From the human T2T-CHM13v2.0 reference genome, Homo sapiens, in NCBI RefSeq assembly GCF_009914755.1, contig NC_060928.1: a stretch of DNA of 64,000 nucleotides. The stretch is one strand, 5' to 3'. Below, one piece after another: positions 13,878 to 30,410 of the stretch. Below the pieces are notes generated by a model. The model made no database searches and was not told where the DNA came from. It worked only from the letters and a program-made list of their open reading frames with translations. Each line of letters begins with the position of its first letter. Within the stretch, counting starts at the first letter, position 1. Position numbers and translations under genes: made by a program.

Positions 13878-15656
13878 CCCCTCCCCTAACTTCAGTTTAA
13901 TTATTTTCTCAATCAGTATACACCAGAGATATCATATAACCATATGAATTTATTTAGAGCTACCTATAGAAGGTAAGATTTAAAGTAAGTTTTTAACTTA
14001 TGTAACTCACATTTTTCAATTCTACTTGATATTTGATTTTAAATGTCTACATAATTTATTGATTTGAAAAAATTAATTCAAAGCAGAATGTATATTGAAG
14101 GCTACTAGTCCAAAAAATTGTCCATAAATGAAAAGGTTATACTATTTACACGACAGAGGAAAAATACAGAAGATAAGTGATACTGGGCAAACCGACATCA
14201 TTTACTGATTAGTCACTGCCAGAACATACAAACAAGCTTATGCCTGATTACAGTTTATCTCTATCAGATGTTCATTGATGTTCACTACTTTGTCTTTAAT
14301 ACATTATATGAAAATCTAGACCAGAGTTATTAATATTCAAATTACTCCTTAAAAGTGAAGGCAATTGTTTTCTATAGCAGAATTAAAATAGGGCAAGATA
14401 TGACAACATTCCAGTACTTCTAGGAAATCCATATCAATCTCACATGGAAAGATTTGGCTTCAAGCTGGGAGGTCTGGAGTTAGCAGACAGGATGAGTCAC
14501 TTATACGATATTTTTTTGAGAAAACGACTGATTTGGAAATCTTGTGCTTTCACTGTTACTAGTGTTAATTACTGCTTGCAAAGAGTTTTACCCAAAGCAG
14601 GTGTATTTAATGATTCTTAAGATAGCTGACAACAAAAAAAGCAAAACCTCACAGCTATTTTTATGTCTGTGTTGTTATGAGTTTCAGCATGGGTACAAAA
14701 ACATTTACAGTTGTGGCTGTGGCAAAATTGGTTTTATTTCCTTGATAGCTATACATAGAAGACTAAGTAATTTATGGAGATCAGAATAAAAAAGTTTTAT
14801 TGAAGGGTAGGCACTTTTGAAATTTGGACAAGTCAATAAAGAAGTAATTTGAAAAAAATATTACATTTGCATTTTTTTCTTGTTGAGCATCTTAAATATA
14901 ATATTTTTGGAGTACTAACTATTCTTTATTGCTGTAACTGTTAAAAGTTTAATTCCTGAGATTTTTGGAGTCGGTAAAAGTTCTTAAAGTGAGCAGAGGA
15001 AAGAAATGTCTTTCCCAGATAGGAGGTTGAACTGTGAATCAACAGTGTCAATCAGTTACTTTCTGTCATTTTTCCATACAGCAGTTTTCATCTGGGATAT
15101 GTTTACACTGTAGTTTATTCCTTGACTGCCCCCAAAATATACTACTCTAAGAAGCTCTTGGAAGAACTGAAATGTTCAGTTGAAAGATGGTATATAAGTA
15201 AAAATTATTATTGTGAAATATTTGTCATTGTTAAGTAGCTTTCCTCTTTTAAAGTATGAACTTGTATGTGAGTGTTTTACATCTGGTTTGATTTAAATAA
15301 CAATTCAAGTATCTCCTTTAAAATGATGTTCTGAAGAACATTAATATTTATGAAGCACAGATATAAATACACTTTCTGAAAGGCAGAATATTGAATATTC
15401 CTTGAAAATCATTTGTTTTGATCATTTTTTAGACTATCAAGATTACAACCTAGCCTTTGGTCCACATCACATTTTTAATAGTTCATAACTTTTTATCCAT
15501 ATACTTAACTAAAAATTTAGAAAACGTTTATCACCAAGTGCATGAAGGAAAACTTCAAACTGTAACATTTCATTTAAAAGCTATATTCAAATGAAGATAG
15601 GATCTGAATATAAGCTATTTGTGCTTATTTTCAGCTATGGCTAACACATAAGCTGT
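13878..15656 (-). other. HPGD: HPGD 3'UTR with multiple poly(A) signals
   Basis: AT-rich, repeat-free stretch after the stop. Minus-strand AATAAA at 15114-15119, 14925-14930, 14796-14801, 14733-14738, 14055-14060 and 13949-13954; ATTAAA at 13896-13901. Confidence 0.75.
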
Positions 15657-15854
<198 letters not shown>

Positions 15855-16850
15855 TTAAGTTATTTTCTGAAGAATCTATTAAGTTGAACATGTTATAGGG
15901 AAATGTGTGTCATTAAACTATTGCTACTTCCAATTTTTATTTAATTCCATATTAGATATCTAGATTAGATATCTTATTTATCTAATTTATTCAATTAGAT
16001 TTCTTTCAATTGGATATTAACTAAATTATTTGATAAATTTAGCTGTAACCTTCCATCATTTTGGCAGGAGGAATTTATACTCATTATTTTCACTGAGCAA
16101 ATGATCATTTTCTCATCTTTATCGTATCAGTAGATCTTAGACTTACCAGATATAGATGTTATTAGTGTAGAAATATGATTGGTAACAGCTAGCGTTTACT
16201 GAAAATTTTATTTTTTACCAGTTACCATTTTAAGTACCTTGTATGTATCATTTTATTTAAGTTTTTCAAAGTCCCTAAGTCTGTTGTATTATCTCTATTT
16301 TATATGTGAGAAAATTGAAGCATCTAGAGGTATGATGGGTAAGTTCATGGTTAGTGGTAGAGCCAAGATTTGATCTCAGGTCTGATTCCTTCAACATGAT
16401 AACTATGATTCATGAAATCCTCAGTTGCTTGAATTCAGACATAATTCACTGAGAAAGTATGTGTCCATGTATGTGTGTGTATCAACTATTTCTTATAAAA
16501 GTGGTTGAAGTCATGGAAACTTGCAATATTTCACAGACTATATTTGAATATTGCTTGGAATTTAGGCAGAGAAGGTATCATTGCCTTCAAAGGTGACTAA
16601 ATATCAACTTTATGACTGATGGTAGTAATGAAGCATTTTACATATTTCAAAGTAACATTCATAATGTATAAACTTACATTCTATTTATAAACCCAGAAAA
16701 ATATATTTTCTCCCAGAGAGTTTGCCAAACCAAAAGTTTGAAGCTTGTGTTTATTTCTCAACTGTATAAGCTTATTTCTTCCCTTTTTATAGCTTGTCTA
16801 AATAATGCTTTGCTTCATCATTTAAAAGAAAATAGACATAGTTTTACTTA

Positions 16851-17039
<189 letters not shown>

Positions 17040-17537
17040 TCAGCAGTTTCATAAACATATAGCACAGGACAAACTGATCATTAAAGCATCTTACAATTTT
17101 CTGATGTAAAAAATACTAATTAGATATCCTCCCAGCTATGTAACAATGACTGGTAAATAGATAGTAAAATAACACATACATAAAGTATTGTATTAATTCC
17201 TGAAAATCTCACCTAATTAATTTTTTTTAAAAATCAGTATTACTGGACAACTCCTGGAAACAATTATGTAAGCTTCTCTTATCTACTGAACTCTGCAGGA
17301 GCCTGAAGCTAAGTAGCTGAGACTTAGAATCGATATCCCAAGTGTTATTTCAAATATGGTGGTTGTATAACAAATAATACTTAATTAAAAAGACTTTTAG
17401 TGAAAATGTTTAGAACTTTGATTCTAAAGACACTCTTAATAATCTGTCCTATCTGGAAGACAATTTAAGTATTTTCAGACTAACATTATTTGGCTTAATT
17501 TACAAACTATTGATTTTATTTGCAATTATTAAAAAAT

Positions 17538-18132
17538 TAGTCAATTCTCATTATTCATGGATTACATATAAACAAATTTGTTAAATTTGCTTGCTAAAAT
17601 TTACTTGTAACCCTGGAAATCAATACTTGTGGAGCATTTGTAGTTATTTGTGGACATGCACAGGGCAGTGAGAAATTTGAGTCACCGATGTGCATGTTCC
17701 TGCTGAGGTCAAGTAAGACTATACTCTGTCGTGCCATGTTTTTCTAATTTTGTGCTTTTTTATTGGTGATTCTGCTGTTTAAAATGGCTGCCAAACCCAC
17801 TGCAGAAGTGCTGTGTAGTGTTCCTTAGTGTAAGAAGACTGATGTCCTGTACAGAAAATATTTGTGTTAGATAAATTTTGATCAGGCATGAGTAATAAGT
17901 GCTTTAGTAATGAGTTCAATGTTCATACAACCTATGATAAATAAGGTTCTTTAAACAGGAATACACATAAAATAAGGTTATGTATTGACTGGTTGATTGG
18001 AGTTTTGTGACCAGAGGCTTTCAGGAACTTAACCCTCTATTTCCCCTAAAAGCAATGGTTCAGTAGTCACTAATGTAGTGTTTGTAAGTGACTTCATGGA
18101 ACATAACCACCATGCATACTGAGAATTGACTG
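17538..18132 (+). mobile_element. MER82 (TcMar-Tigger family non-autonomous DNA transposon), HPGD intron 5
   Basis: Terminal inverted repeats AGTCAATTCTCA...TGAGAATTGACTG followed by TA; the body matches the remembered MER82 consensus. Confidence 0.8.
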
Positions 18133-19152
18133 TAGAAGTTTCCAGTCTTGTAATTTTAAATATAAAATTTCTGGTCTTTCAGGTTTACTTTGCTTTGTAA
18201 GAGAGCTTTATGTGTTTATAAGAAGTCTGTCTGAAGATTATGTCTTTGCAAATTAAGCAATAATTTCCAATCAATTTAAGAGTGTGAGAACTACTTATCT
18301 TCCATTTTGACTGAACAGTTAACATTTGTGCATCTGTTTTTTCTGTCTCCTACTAATTCTTTGATTACTAATATTTTTCTCTTCATCTCTCTAGCTGCTC
18401 TCTTTGTCTCACCTAGATGAACCACCCAGAGACCCCCTACAACTGTTCTTTCCGCTTTTACACTTGTCTTTTGTAACACAATTTGCAAAAGCAGACAGAA
18501 TGGTCTTCTTAAAAAGGAAATCTGATCTTATCACTCCTGCGTGTAAAAGCCCCATGGATGGTTGCCCTTGAAATAAAATCCAAGCTCACAACAGTGGCCC
18601 ATAGCTGCTTTTGGTCTAGCTCCTGTGCTGGTGTCTTGAGTCATACCTCAAACTACATTCCCTTTGCTTGCCAGGCCCCTTTCAAGCGTCTCTTTTGTGA
18701 GTTATAAAAAGGCAGGCATTCTCACCTCATGCTGTCAATGCATGTGATCAATTAGGTCTAAAGTATTTTTCTAAGGTCTGTGCACCTTTCACCCTAGGCC
18801 TCCATGGAGACATTATCCTTGACCACTCTATCAAGTAAATGCCTGGCCCCACCCCTCCTTCCAGCTCCATGTTCTCACTCATTTTCATCGTATCTCTGGT
18901 GACAAATAATGGCTGGGGCCTATTGCATCTTGCATTTCAGAAAAGCTGAAGTTAATAATATTTCCATTTGGGGTCATTTTTGGAAATAAGTACTATCTCC
19001 CCATTACTTATCCTTAATACATTTTTTTTAAATAACACATCTGTATTTAGAATCCACTTCATTTAAAAATGATCTATTATTTATTTGGTTCTTTATGTGA
19101 TCTGATAACTTTTTATAATTGAGATGGAGGTATGTCATTTTTCCACCTTTCA

Positions 19153-19347
<195 letters not shown>

Positions 19348-21119
19348 TTAAATGCTTTGATGAAAAAATAAGTAGACTATACCCAGTAATGAAAATGCAA
19401 ATGAATATTTTGTGATAATTTCAATTTAAGATGAATCTGAATAACACAGTAACATAAAACCAGATAGCTTTGTGAAACTCAGTAGCCTAAGTGTAGTTTA
19501 TTTGCTCCATGACCCGTGTCGTCCAGAATTTATAGTAGCTAAGTTACACAGAGATACAGCCAAGAGTTATATGTGTTTTTCTGCCTCCCCAGGCCTTCTG
19601 GAAAGTCAAGGAAAGTAAATGGTATCTAAAACACAAAGAAAATCATCTTTAAAGTCAGTAAATTACCACCTAAGTTTCCATTTTTAAGTCTGGATTTTAA
19701 AAAGTATATATTCTACATTTTTAAAGCTTCCTAATGGCTGAAGGAATTTGAATCTTCAGAGAGTCTTGGAGATTATTAGTCTTCACTACAAATTAGTATG
19801 CAATTTCCTGTCACCAATCTGTCTTGAACAATGCCTCCAAAAGTTTAAGAAAATTAAAAGTTAACTTCTTCTTTTTATTTGATCTATTGTAGATGCCTAG
19901 ATCTTTTTGTCCTATGACTTAGGAAGATAGAAATAAACATTTGTGGTCCTATTTTATTTCCTTTCATAATTATGTAGTCAACTATGAAATTCAATCAATT
20001 ACAGAATGTTTTATTTTGTAATTTTCCACATATGCACAACAGTAACTGATTAAATTCATGGTCTGGAGAGAAAAAACAGTATAGCATATACCTATAGCAT
20101 CTCTTCTCCCCCAACTCCAGCCTAGCTCAGCTCTCCGAAAAGACACAAAACAACAACAATAAAAACCTATTTTACTCTAGTAACTATTATTATCAAGCTT
20201 ATTTCTCAAAATTGTTAATTATCTAATCAGCAATCAAATTGAACCAGAGTCATTCTTGTATTTGTTTTTAACTAATTTGGATTAACTTGTTTTAATGCTT
20301 TTTAAGTTTGTGACTTCTCTGAGTCAAGTAACAGTGATCCCTGATTATTATACTATATTTAATATCAAATGTCATGCTAATAATACCAAATTATTCTGCT
20401 GAGACATGCTCATCTCCACCCAGCTAACTATTCCCAGAATGCCACCAATCATTTGAGGGTGTTGGGCCAAAGTTCAGCAATAAATGCAGACCATAACCAC
20501 TCCCTGGGTGCCTGCCAGGTTTCAATTTATAAAGTATGTTTGCACAAGGGCAGTTTAAATCCCTGAGGATGGTAGATCACACCTAGTGTGTCCACCCAAT
20601 GATTTCAAAGTATTGTTAATATGTTGCTTCTCTTGTTGTCATTGTTGTTGTTAAGTAAAATGTGTAAGTTAATTAAGTTTGTCAGTGTCAGTCAACAAGA
20701 ATTTATGATGTTTCCACAGGCTACATAGGTATACTAGGAGTGGAAGATAAAGGGAATAAAAAAGTATAACCAGGAGTTGCTGCTTCTGGTTCTTGTTAGT
20801 CCCTGCTTTACCCATTCCTTAAATGTTTATGAGACAAAGGCAGTGGTTTCAGGACAATGTTCATATATAGCAGGAAATGCAGCATGAACCTTAATCAGAG
20901 ATAAACTAGTTCACACAGCCGCAAGAACTACAAAGACATTGTTCATAAGAGTTGTCAAAGATGAATTTGAAATGAATTTTTGTTACATATGCAGAGATGA
21001 TGAACTTTGGAACCCCAGCTAGTTCAAGGTGTCATAGAGGCGAAAGAAATATACTGCTTTGTGGGTTCTGGTAATAAGCAAAGACAACATACATACTTTC
21101 CTTAAAGGTGGATTCGTAA

Positions 21120-21955
<836 letters not shown>

Positions 21956-22029
21956 CCTCACTTTTTAGTATTAGATGAAAACCTACACAAATCAATTTCA
22001 GACATTCAGAAACCAAGTTTCCTTTTTTC

Positions 22030-22380
22030 ATTTTTTTTTTACAGCTTCATGGAGATCTAATTGACATACAATAAAACTGCACGTATTGAAAGTATACAGT
22101 TTGATAAGTTTTGACATATGTATATACCAATGAAACCATGACCAGTCAAGATAATGAACATGTCCATCACCCTAAAAGTTTCCTTGTGCCCCTTGGTAAT
22201 CCCTTTCTGCTGCCCCTCTCCTCCCCACAGGCAACCACTGATCTGCTTTGTGTTACTATACTTTGCATTTTCTAAAATTTATATAATGTAATCATATAGT
22301 ATAAATTATATTGTTGTCTGACTTTTCACTCAGGATAGCTGTTTTGAGATTCATCCATGTTGTAATGTGTAAGGAACATT
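22030..22380 (-). mobile_element. Old L1M 3' fragment
   Basis: Reverse L1M 3'-end motifs (GGCAACCACTGATCTGCTTT, GAGATTCATCCATGTTG). Confidence 0.75.
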
Positions 22381-23869
22381 CTATTTTTTTCAATTGTTTC
22401 ATTTAGTCAAGTTGTTAATTGAAGTTTTTTTTCTTTTTTTCCCTAATATAGGTAGATTTTAACTGGTGCTTCTTATGTTTTGAACAGGCAGGGTGGATTT
22501 GCAGTGCTTTCTCTCCAACTTGCAAACTGACTCTCAATGTAGAAATTTACTACCTATACTTCAGTTTGTTGCTTTGAAAATGAAGCCTAAATGGAGGGAG
22601 AAAAGCTCTTGTTGTTTTATTATTTTTGACAATGATTTTAGTTGGGGGTGGACATTTTTTAGGAATCCAACATTTTCTACTGCATCTGATTCATTTTTCT
22701 TCTGTAGGTATAGTATTATTGCTACTGTGGTGTAGCTTCAGGATTGGTTAACCACGCTTCCACTACTTACTGTAGGCCCACAACACCAACATAGAATTTG
22801 TTTCCATGTGCTTCAAATAAAAATTGTGTTCTGGGGCTGGTAATAAGGGTCAGCTCATAGAGTTAGACTAAGTGTGCACGGTATGACTCTGGAGACACAA
22901 TTTACAAGGTAGTTGGTGTAAACTGTGCCGCTTATGTTCCTACCATTTACAACCTGCACAACTATACATGGTAGTCATCTCTTGGAGAGTAGGTGACTGA
23001 GCAAAAGGACAGAATAAACCAGCCCAGGTAGGAAGAGAAGCAATTAAGTGTTGTGTAACAGAAATTACGGATGAAAGTACTTTAAGAGACTTAAAATGGT
23101 CACTGATATCAACTGCAGAAACAGAATCACTCTGAGATATAAACATATCTCAGTTATTACCCATCTAAAAATAATACTTATTTTTTCTCCAGCTACCACC
23201 TTGTTTCTCTTTTCAATGGAAAGTCCTCAGAAGAGTTATTATATGCCTTGCATTGTCTCCACTTTCTTGACCTCCTATTTGCTCTACAACTCATTCCCAT
23301 CAGGCTTTCATCTGATCACTCCAGTCAAACAGATCTTATGGAGGCTGCCAATGAGCAATGGTTTGCTAAGGCTAAATCTCTGTCTCATTTTCCTTGATCC
23401 CTTCCTCAGCAGCAACTAGCACAGCCATGCTTTCCTTGAAACATTTCCTCCTCCAGGCTGGTCTCCTATCTCACATTCACTGGCAGCTTCTTCTTCATGT
23501 CTTTGGCTGGCTCCTCTTCCTTGACTAGACCCATAAACATGCTGGAAAACTCCAGAGATATACCTGGTCCTCTTTGCTTTTCTATGAACACTCTTTCCCT
23601 ACATGATTTTATTCACTCCTGAGGATAAAAATTAATTCTCTCAATTTGTCTCTCTCAATCTTTGTATGACACACACACACACACACACTCAAATTTAAAA
23701 TACTTATCTCAAGCCAAGACCTCTTACTCTGCCTTGAACTCTAGAGAGGGAGCCTTGGGTTACTTCTTGTAATATTTCCTAGCAGTTTTCTCTCCTTAAA
23801 CTATAGTGGGTGCTCAGCCTGGGCAACACAGTGAGACTCTGTCTCAAACAACAAACAAAAAAGAAAATA

Positions 23870-24585
23870 TGATAAATATCAGATGTTATAGGAAATTTCA
23901 AATTAAAACAACAATGAGATTCTACTACACACATTAGAATGGCTAAAATTTAAATGCTGAAGACACCAAATACTGATGAATATGTCAAGAAACAAGAACT
24001 CCAATTCATTGCTGGTGCGAGTGCAAAATGGCACAGCCACTTTGGAAGACAATTTAGCAATTTCTTTCAAAAGTAAACATGCAATACAATCCAACATTTA
24101 GTTCCTTGGCATTTACTCAAAGAACTGAAAACATGCTTGCACAAAAATCTGTGTGTGGATGCTTATAGCAGCTTTATTAATTGCCAAAACTTGGAAGCAA
24201 CCTAGTGTCCTTTAGTAGTTGAATGAACAAATAAACTGTGGTATATTCAGATAATGGAATAATATTCAACTCTAACAAAGGGCTATCAAGCCATGAAAAG
24301 ATATGGAGGAAACGTAAATGCATATTACTAAGTGAAAGAAGCCAACCTGAAAAGGCTACATACTGTATGATTCCAACTATATGACATCTGGAAAAGGCAA
24401 AACTATGGAGACAGTTGAAAGATCAGTGGTTACCAGGAGGTGGTGGGAGGAAGGGATGAACAGGTGGAGAACAGGGTTTTTAGGGTAGTAAACCACTCTG
24501 TTTGATATTATAGTGGTAGATATATGTTATTATACCTTTGTTCAAGCCTACAGATTGTACAACATCAAGAGTAAACCAGATGAAA
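23870..24585 (+). mobile_element. Old L1M (L1MB/MC-like) 3' fragment
   Basis: CTAAGTGAAAGAAGCCAA...TACTGTATGATTCCAACTATATGACAT...AAAGGCAAAACTATGGAGACAG. Confidence 0.8.
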
Positions 24586-26104
24586 CCTCAAATAATTATT
24601 TTATTGACCTATTTATCGGTTCATCCACATTGTACTTTTTAATGAAAATGTATCTTTTGCACTAAAATGCCACAAATCTGGTATAGTGTCCTAACTTGGT
24701 TTGATTTCTGAACCTTGGCAAACTGGACTGTTTCTAATCTTAAATCAACAGGATCTACAGAAGTAAATTCACATAAGAACTATGTGTTTAGTTCCTTTTA
24801 AATGCAAAGTATAATGAAGTAATATTTTAAATATACTCAATTGAAATGTGTAAAACCAATGGGAGGACCCCTGTTGCAGGACGAAGGTGGAATTTTACCG
24901 GTTGAAGAGCCAGATACCAGTATAATGACTATAGGACCAGTTACTATAACTAATATGGGTTTTTTTTAATCTTGCAAATTAATTCTCAAAATTAGGGAGC
25001 ACATGGAAATATTCTGTCACAACATTAAGGGATTTAAGAATAGCAACAACAATAAAACAAAGGATTGTGACCATGTGAGAGCAGTCTCTGCTTTTAAAGA
25101 AATGGCATTTTGTTTAACATTGTGAGAAATCCTGTGTGCTTAAAAATAGATACCTTATATTAAAATAGTTAAGAACAGTATTTTTCAGTACCTCTGATAG
25201 GCCCACCATTGTGCAAGTTTATTTATAGAAATACACAATGGCTCTTTTTAAAATATACCAAGTATAATTAGTAGCAGATTTATGTCTGTCATAACTGTAA
25301 AGTTACAGAAAAAAAAATCAGTAGAGGGAGAAATTCTACCCACAAAACAAAGAAATATTTTCTAAAACCACTCAGGATAATAACACTAAACAATTAGACT
25401 GACGAAATAATATATATAGCACTTAAAATACCTGAAAGCATTTAAAATATCTGAAAATTACATGTGTACTAATAGAACAAAGAAAGTCATTCAGAAAAAA
25501 AAATGTAAATTCCATCTCTACATTAGTTCTTCTATTCTTCATAATCTTTCTACCCATATTTACAAAAGCCAGTTTTAATCATTTCACAGAAGGTAAAAAA
25601 GCTCAAAAAGATTTTTTTGCAAAAACAGAAACCTCCTCAGACAGAGCAGTCATACTAAATCCGCAAACAAGATTTGCTTTTAAGGAGAGAGAAACCATGT
25701 AGAATGGACTATATAAAAATGCTGAAAATTCAACTTAGGGAAATAAATGGTGAATCTAAGGATGCTGATACTCGTATGATAACCTGGAGTTCTGTAACTA
25801 CGCTAAAAAAGCAGGAATCTAAAGCTGTCACATTTTCTTTACAACCAACAACAACAAAAAAATGTGTACCCGTCTGTCTGTTTTAACCACCACTTCTCCA
25901 ACTTGAAGAAAAAAGGGAGAACTAGCAAGAAATATTTATCTACGATTCGTGCATACACCTGACCAAAGTAACTGGTGAACTTCCTCATTTGTGATTTTCC
26001 GCATAATGGAACACCTTATCTGATGGCTGTTTTTTTTCTCATTCTTATGGGTGCCATTAAGTTATGCTTTAGAGTGTGACACGACATTAAAAAGTGACAC
26101 ATGC

Positions 26105-26408
26105 GGCCGGGCGCGGTGGCTGACGCCTGTAATCCCAGCACTTTGGGAGGCCGAGGTGGGCGGATCACGAGGTCAGGAGATGGAGACCATCCTGGCTAAC
26201 ACGGTGAAACCCCGTCTCTACTAAAAATACAAAAAATTAGCCAGGCGTGGTGGCGGGCGCCTGTAGTCTCAGCTACTCAGGAGGCTGAGGCAGGAGAATG
26301 GCGTGAACCCGTAAGGCGGAGCTTGCAGTGAGCCGAGATTGCGCCACCACACTCCAGCCTGGGCGACAGAGCGAGACTCCGTCTCAAAAAAAAAAAAAAA
26401 AAAAAAAA
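26105..26408 (+). mobile_element. AluY, young, HPGD intron 4
   Basis: CpG-rich with AluY diagnostics and a pure A tail; 16-bp TSD AAAAAGTGACACATGC at 26089-26104 and 26404-26419. Confidence 0.96.
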
Positions 26409-27423
26409 GTGACACATGCTTTCATAAAACCACTATATATTCTATAACAAAAATCTTCCCAGAAAGATATGTTTAATAGCAATTTCTAGTGACTCAGACA
26501 GTTGCTACTAGTGTTCAGTCATTGCCTAGGCTGTGGTCAGAGGAAACTGACAGAAGCTCCCTTACCCATTCAAAGAATATCCATCCCTATGCATACTAGT
26601 GGCTGGCTTCTTAAAGTGTGGTTCAAGGAGCGGTATCACCTGGGAGCACAATTTCAGGAGCCATCTCTGTCCTATCGAAATCAGAATCTGCATCTGACAA
26701 AGTCCCTAGACATATTAAATCTGAGAAGCACTATTCTAGAAGACTATTCGTTTCTCAGTAGCCCTCTCATTCCTATGTTAAGAAACCTCGAATCTCTCAT
26801 CTATCCTTCAAAATGCCTCATTTACAAATATTTAATCATTCCTACTGATTACTTCTACTATGTGTCTTTTAAACTATTTTAAGCCAAAAGAGAGCAAAAT
26901 GGACTCTGCAGAGTCCATTTGGGAGAACTTTGCCAGCACTAAGCAGGAAGGGTGGCTCCCATACTCATGGCAGTTGGCATCTGAGCACTTATGAATCACA
27001 GCATAGGAACAGTACATCCACTCTATGACACAGGCTAAAATGGAGCAAAATAAAATTGCTTTTATTACCACTGCTAATTCCCACATTCTTCAAGATCTGT
27101 TTGAGATTCATTGTTCAACTATAAATTGGAGATAATTAAATTGACCTCTATTGTAGAGACTTGTAAAAGTTAGATGTGGATGTCATAAAGCCAATAGTTT
27201 ACCACAATGCCTGGAGCTTGGCAATTGCTCAATATGTGTTAGGCCTGCTTCCTTATCACGAGAGCAGTAGTAGAGGGTGGTGCCATGCGATTTTCTTACC
27301 TTTGGCCCAGAGATAGAAGAAGATGATCAATGTTTTATTTCACCTGGAATTTCTGGATATTCTAGTCCATTCTTCGGCTATTGGAGTCCCAAGGCCTTGC
27401 AACTTAAATATCATGCTTCTGGG

Positions 27424-27735
27424 TTTTTTGATTTTTTTTTTTTTTCTTTTGAGAGACAAGGTCTCACTATATTGCCCAGGCTGGAGTGCAGTAGTGCAAT
27501 CATAGCTCACTGCAGCTTTGAACTCCTAGGCTGAAGAAATCCTCCCACCTCAGCCTCCTGAGTAGCTAGGAACACAGGTGTGCACCATCACACCCAGCTA
27601 ATTTTTAAAAATTTTTATACAGATGAGGTCTCATTCTGTTGCCCATGCTGGTCTCTAACTCCTGGCCTCAAGTGATCCTCCTGCCTTGGCCTCCCAAAGC
27701 ATTGTGATTATAGGTGTGAGCCATGACACCTGGCC
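27424..27735 (-). mobile_element. AluJ-type element
   Basis: TSD ATGCTTCTG at 27413-27421 and 27737-27745. Confidence 0.93.
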
Positions 27736-28116
27736 AATGCTTCTGTTTAAACAGTTTATGTCATGGAAATTATTTGGTTCTGTCATCTTGATAAGAGACA
27801 CTGATATACAGCTCTTGGGGTAGAAACTTTGCCTAGTTACTTTAATATCTCCATTTCCCTTCTGCAAATGCTCAACATATGTTTGATTAAGTTGAAATTT
27901 TTATTTAAGGTAGTAATTTTAGCACTTCTACCTTAACACAAATTATGAGCTAATTATATTATTATAGATAAAACTTATAGCACAAGCAGATATGCCACTG
28001 GGTTGTTACTTAAGACATGCTGAAAATTTTGTATGATTTTTAAATATTTTCTGGAGACTCCAATGTTTTGACTTCTGAGTAAATAAGACCCTCATGGTAT
28101 CTCTCACAAAATGCTA

Positions 28117-28572
<456 letters not shown>

Positions 28573-30169
28573 TCATGAGATGTTTTAATGGAGCATAGCT
28601 GTTTGATTATCTGCATTAAACCAGACTTCGTTCTTCTATTGTTCCTTCCAACTTTGTTTTAATAGTTCAGGATGGATGTGGCAAAATTAGTGTCTGTTTG
28701 TATATTATGTTTATAAATAAAAACTCGTGTAGAAAAGTCCATGTGGGTTAACCACACTCAGAACAACTTGTGGAACTCCAGACTAGAGCATACCCATCCC
28801 ATAATCTGCTGAGGAATCATTGTCTACTTAACTACTCCTGTTTATTAAACCTATTAATTGCATTTGATACTCTGTCTGCGTCAGTGGTCATTACTCATTA
28901 ACTTCTCTACTCAAACCAGTGTGCCAACTTAAGGTTTTACTGTGACAGTGAAGGACTCCACTGTATCCACGCTAGAGATCATGAGGATAGGCCCTGTTGA
29001 GTTGAATACTGAATATTACCCACAGCCATTCCTTCAATAGAGTAAGCAGTACAGAGAAAAACAGGAAAAAAAAATCTGTGAGGAAGCAAGGTTTGGAAAA
29101 CACAGAGTAGGCAAATATTAGAAGTACTCTGTTAACTCCTTAAAGATTATTTTTGTGCTCTCACCTCTTCCTACATGCTATGACTCAAGGGCATAAAATT
29201 GTTGATACCATTTCTGAGGGAATGATGAAGACGGAGGGGTCCTCTTTTGCCTTCTCCCATTATTACAATATCCTGAATTTTTATCAAACTAATTTCATTA
29301 TGGGAAGAATTGGAGGCTCTCCGTTGGTGGATAAAATACAAGGCAATTCATTTTAAGACTTTGTGAGTTGAAGGCATGTTAGTGGGAGCCCTGGATGGGA
29401 AAGGAAGTAGACTGTCCACATTGGCCAGTGGCAACGAGGAAACAGTATAAACACAAGAGGTGCGGAGGCTGGAATTACGAAGAGAGGGTGCCAAGGACAA
29501 CTTCTGAAAATGGAGAGAGTAGTAAGCCAAGCAGAGGGAACAATGACAAACTTAAGCTATTTAACCATTTTACATAGTGTTGCCTTGTACATGTGGAGGA
29601 AAATCAGAGGGAGAAGCAGTTTGTAATGCAATATTATTCATTAAATTGTACCAGTGCCAGGAAAGTAATTTAAAACCAAAGCAATCTTATCACTGAATTT
29701 ATATCAAGTCATCGTTTTATCTGCATGAATAGAGAAATGCCCACACATGATTGCAAATGTTGTATCTGACATAGGTAAAAAGAGGATTAACACCCGGGGT
29801 TGGCGGGAGGTGGCGGTGAGCGGGATGACAAAGCAAGCTCCTAGCCAACAAAGCAAAGTGGACATCAAATTGCAAGCCTTAAACTGCTCTGCTCAATGGC
29901 ATGTTTTGACTTGTGACACTGGTAAGCTCCCCAGATATTTTTAGGACTTTACTGGAAGTATCAAATGGGGCAAAAGCTTAAGATTTCACTGAAGGTTTAG
30001 TAATGCAGCCATGAGATTAGAGCTGTGCCCATGAAGCCTGAAGAGACTAGCAAATTGCAAGGGTTTATTCAATTGAAACGATTTCAGTTGCTTTTACTTT
30101 TCTGTTAGGCTGGGATAAATACAGGTAGATTAACAAATAAATGCATAGATATTAGAGATAGATAAATAA

Positions 30170-30410
30170 TCTAGTGGTTAAAATTCTAAGAAGACTTGTA
30201 CCAGGCTATTTGCATGTGAATTCCAGCTCTGAGGCTTACTTGATGTATAAGCTTAGGCAAGATATTTCACACTTCTCCTGCCTTAGTTTCCTCATTTTCA
30301 AAATGGAAATTATATAGAGTTTACCTCACAGGGTTGTTGTGAGGATTAAATGAGTTAATGTACAGTGTTTAAAATGATATCAGGTAAACAGTGCTCAATA
30401 AATGATATTA
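30170..30410 (+). mobile_element. MIR SINE
   Basis: Core CCTTAGTTTCCTCATTTTCAAAATGG...ACCTCACAGGGTTGTTGTGAGGATTAAATGAG. Confidence 0.8.
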
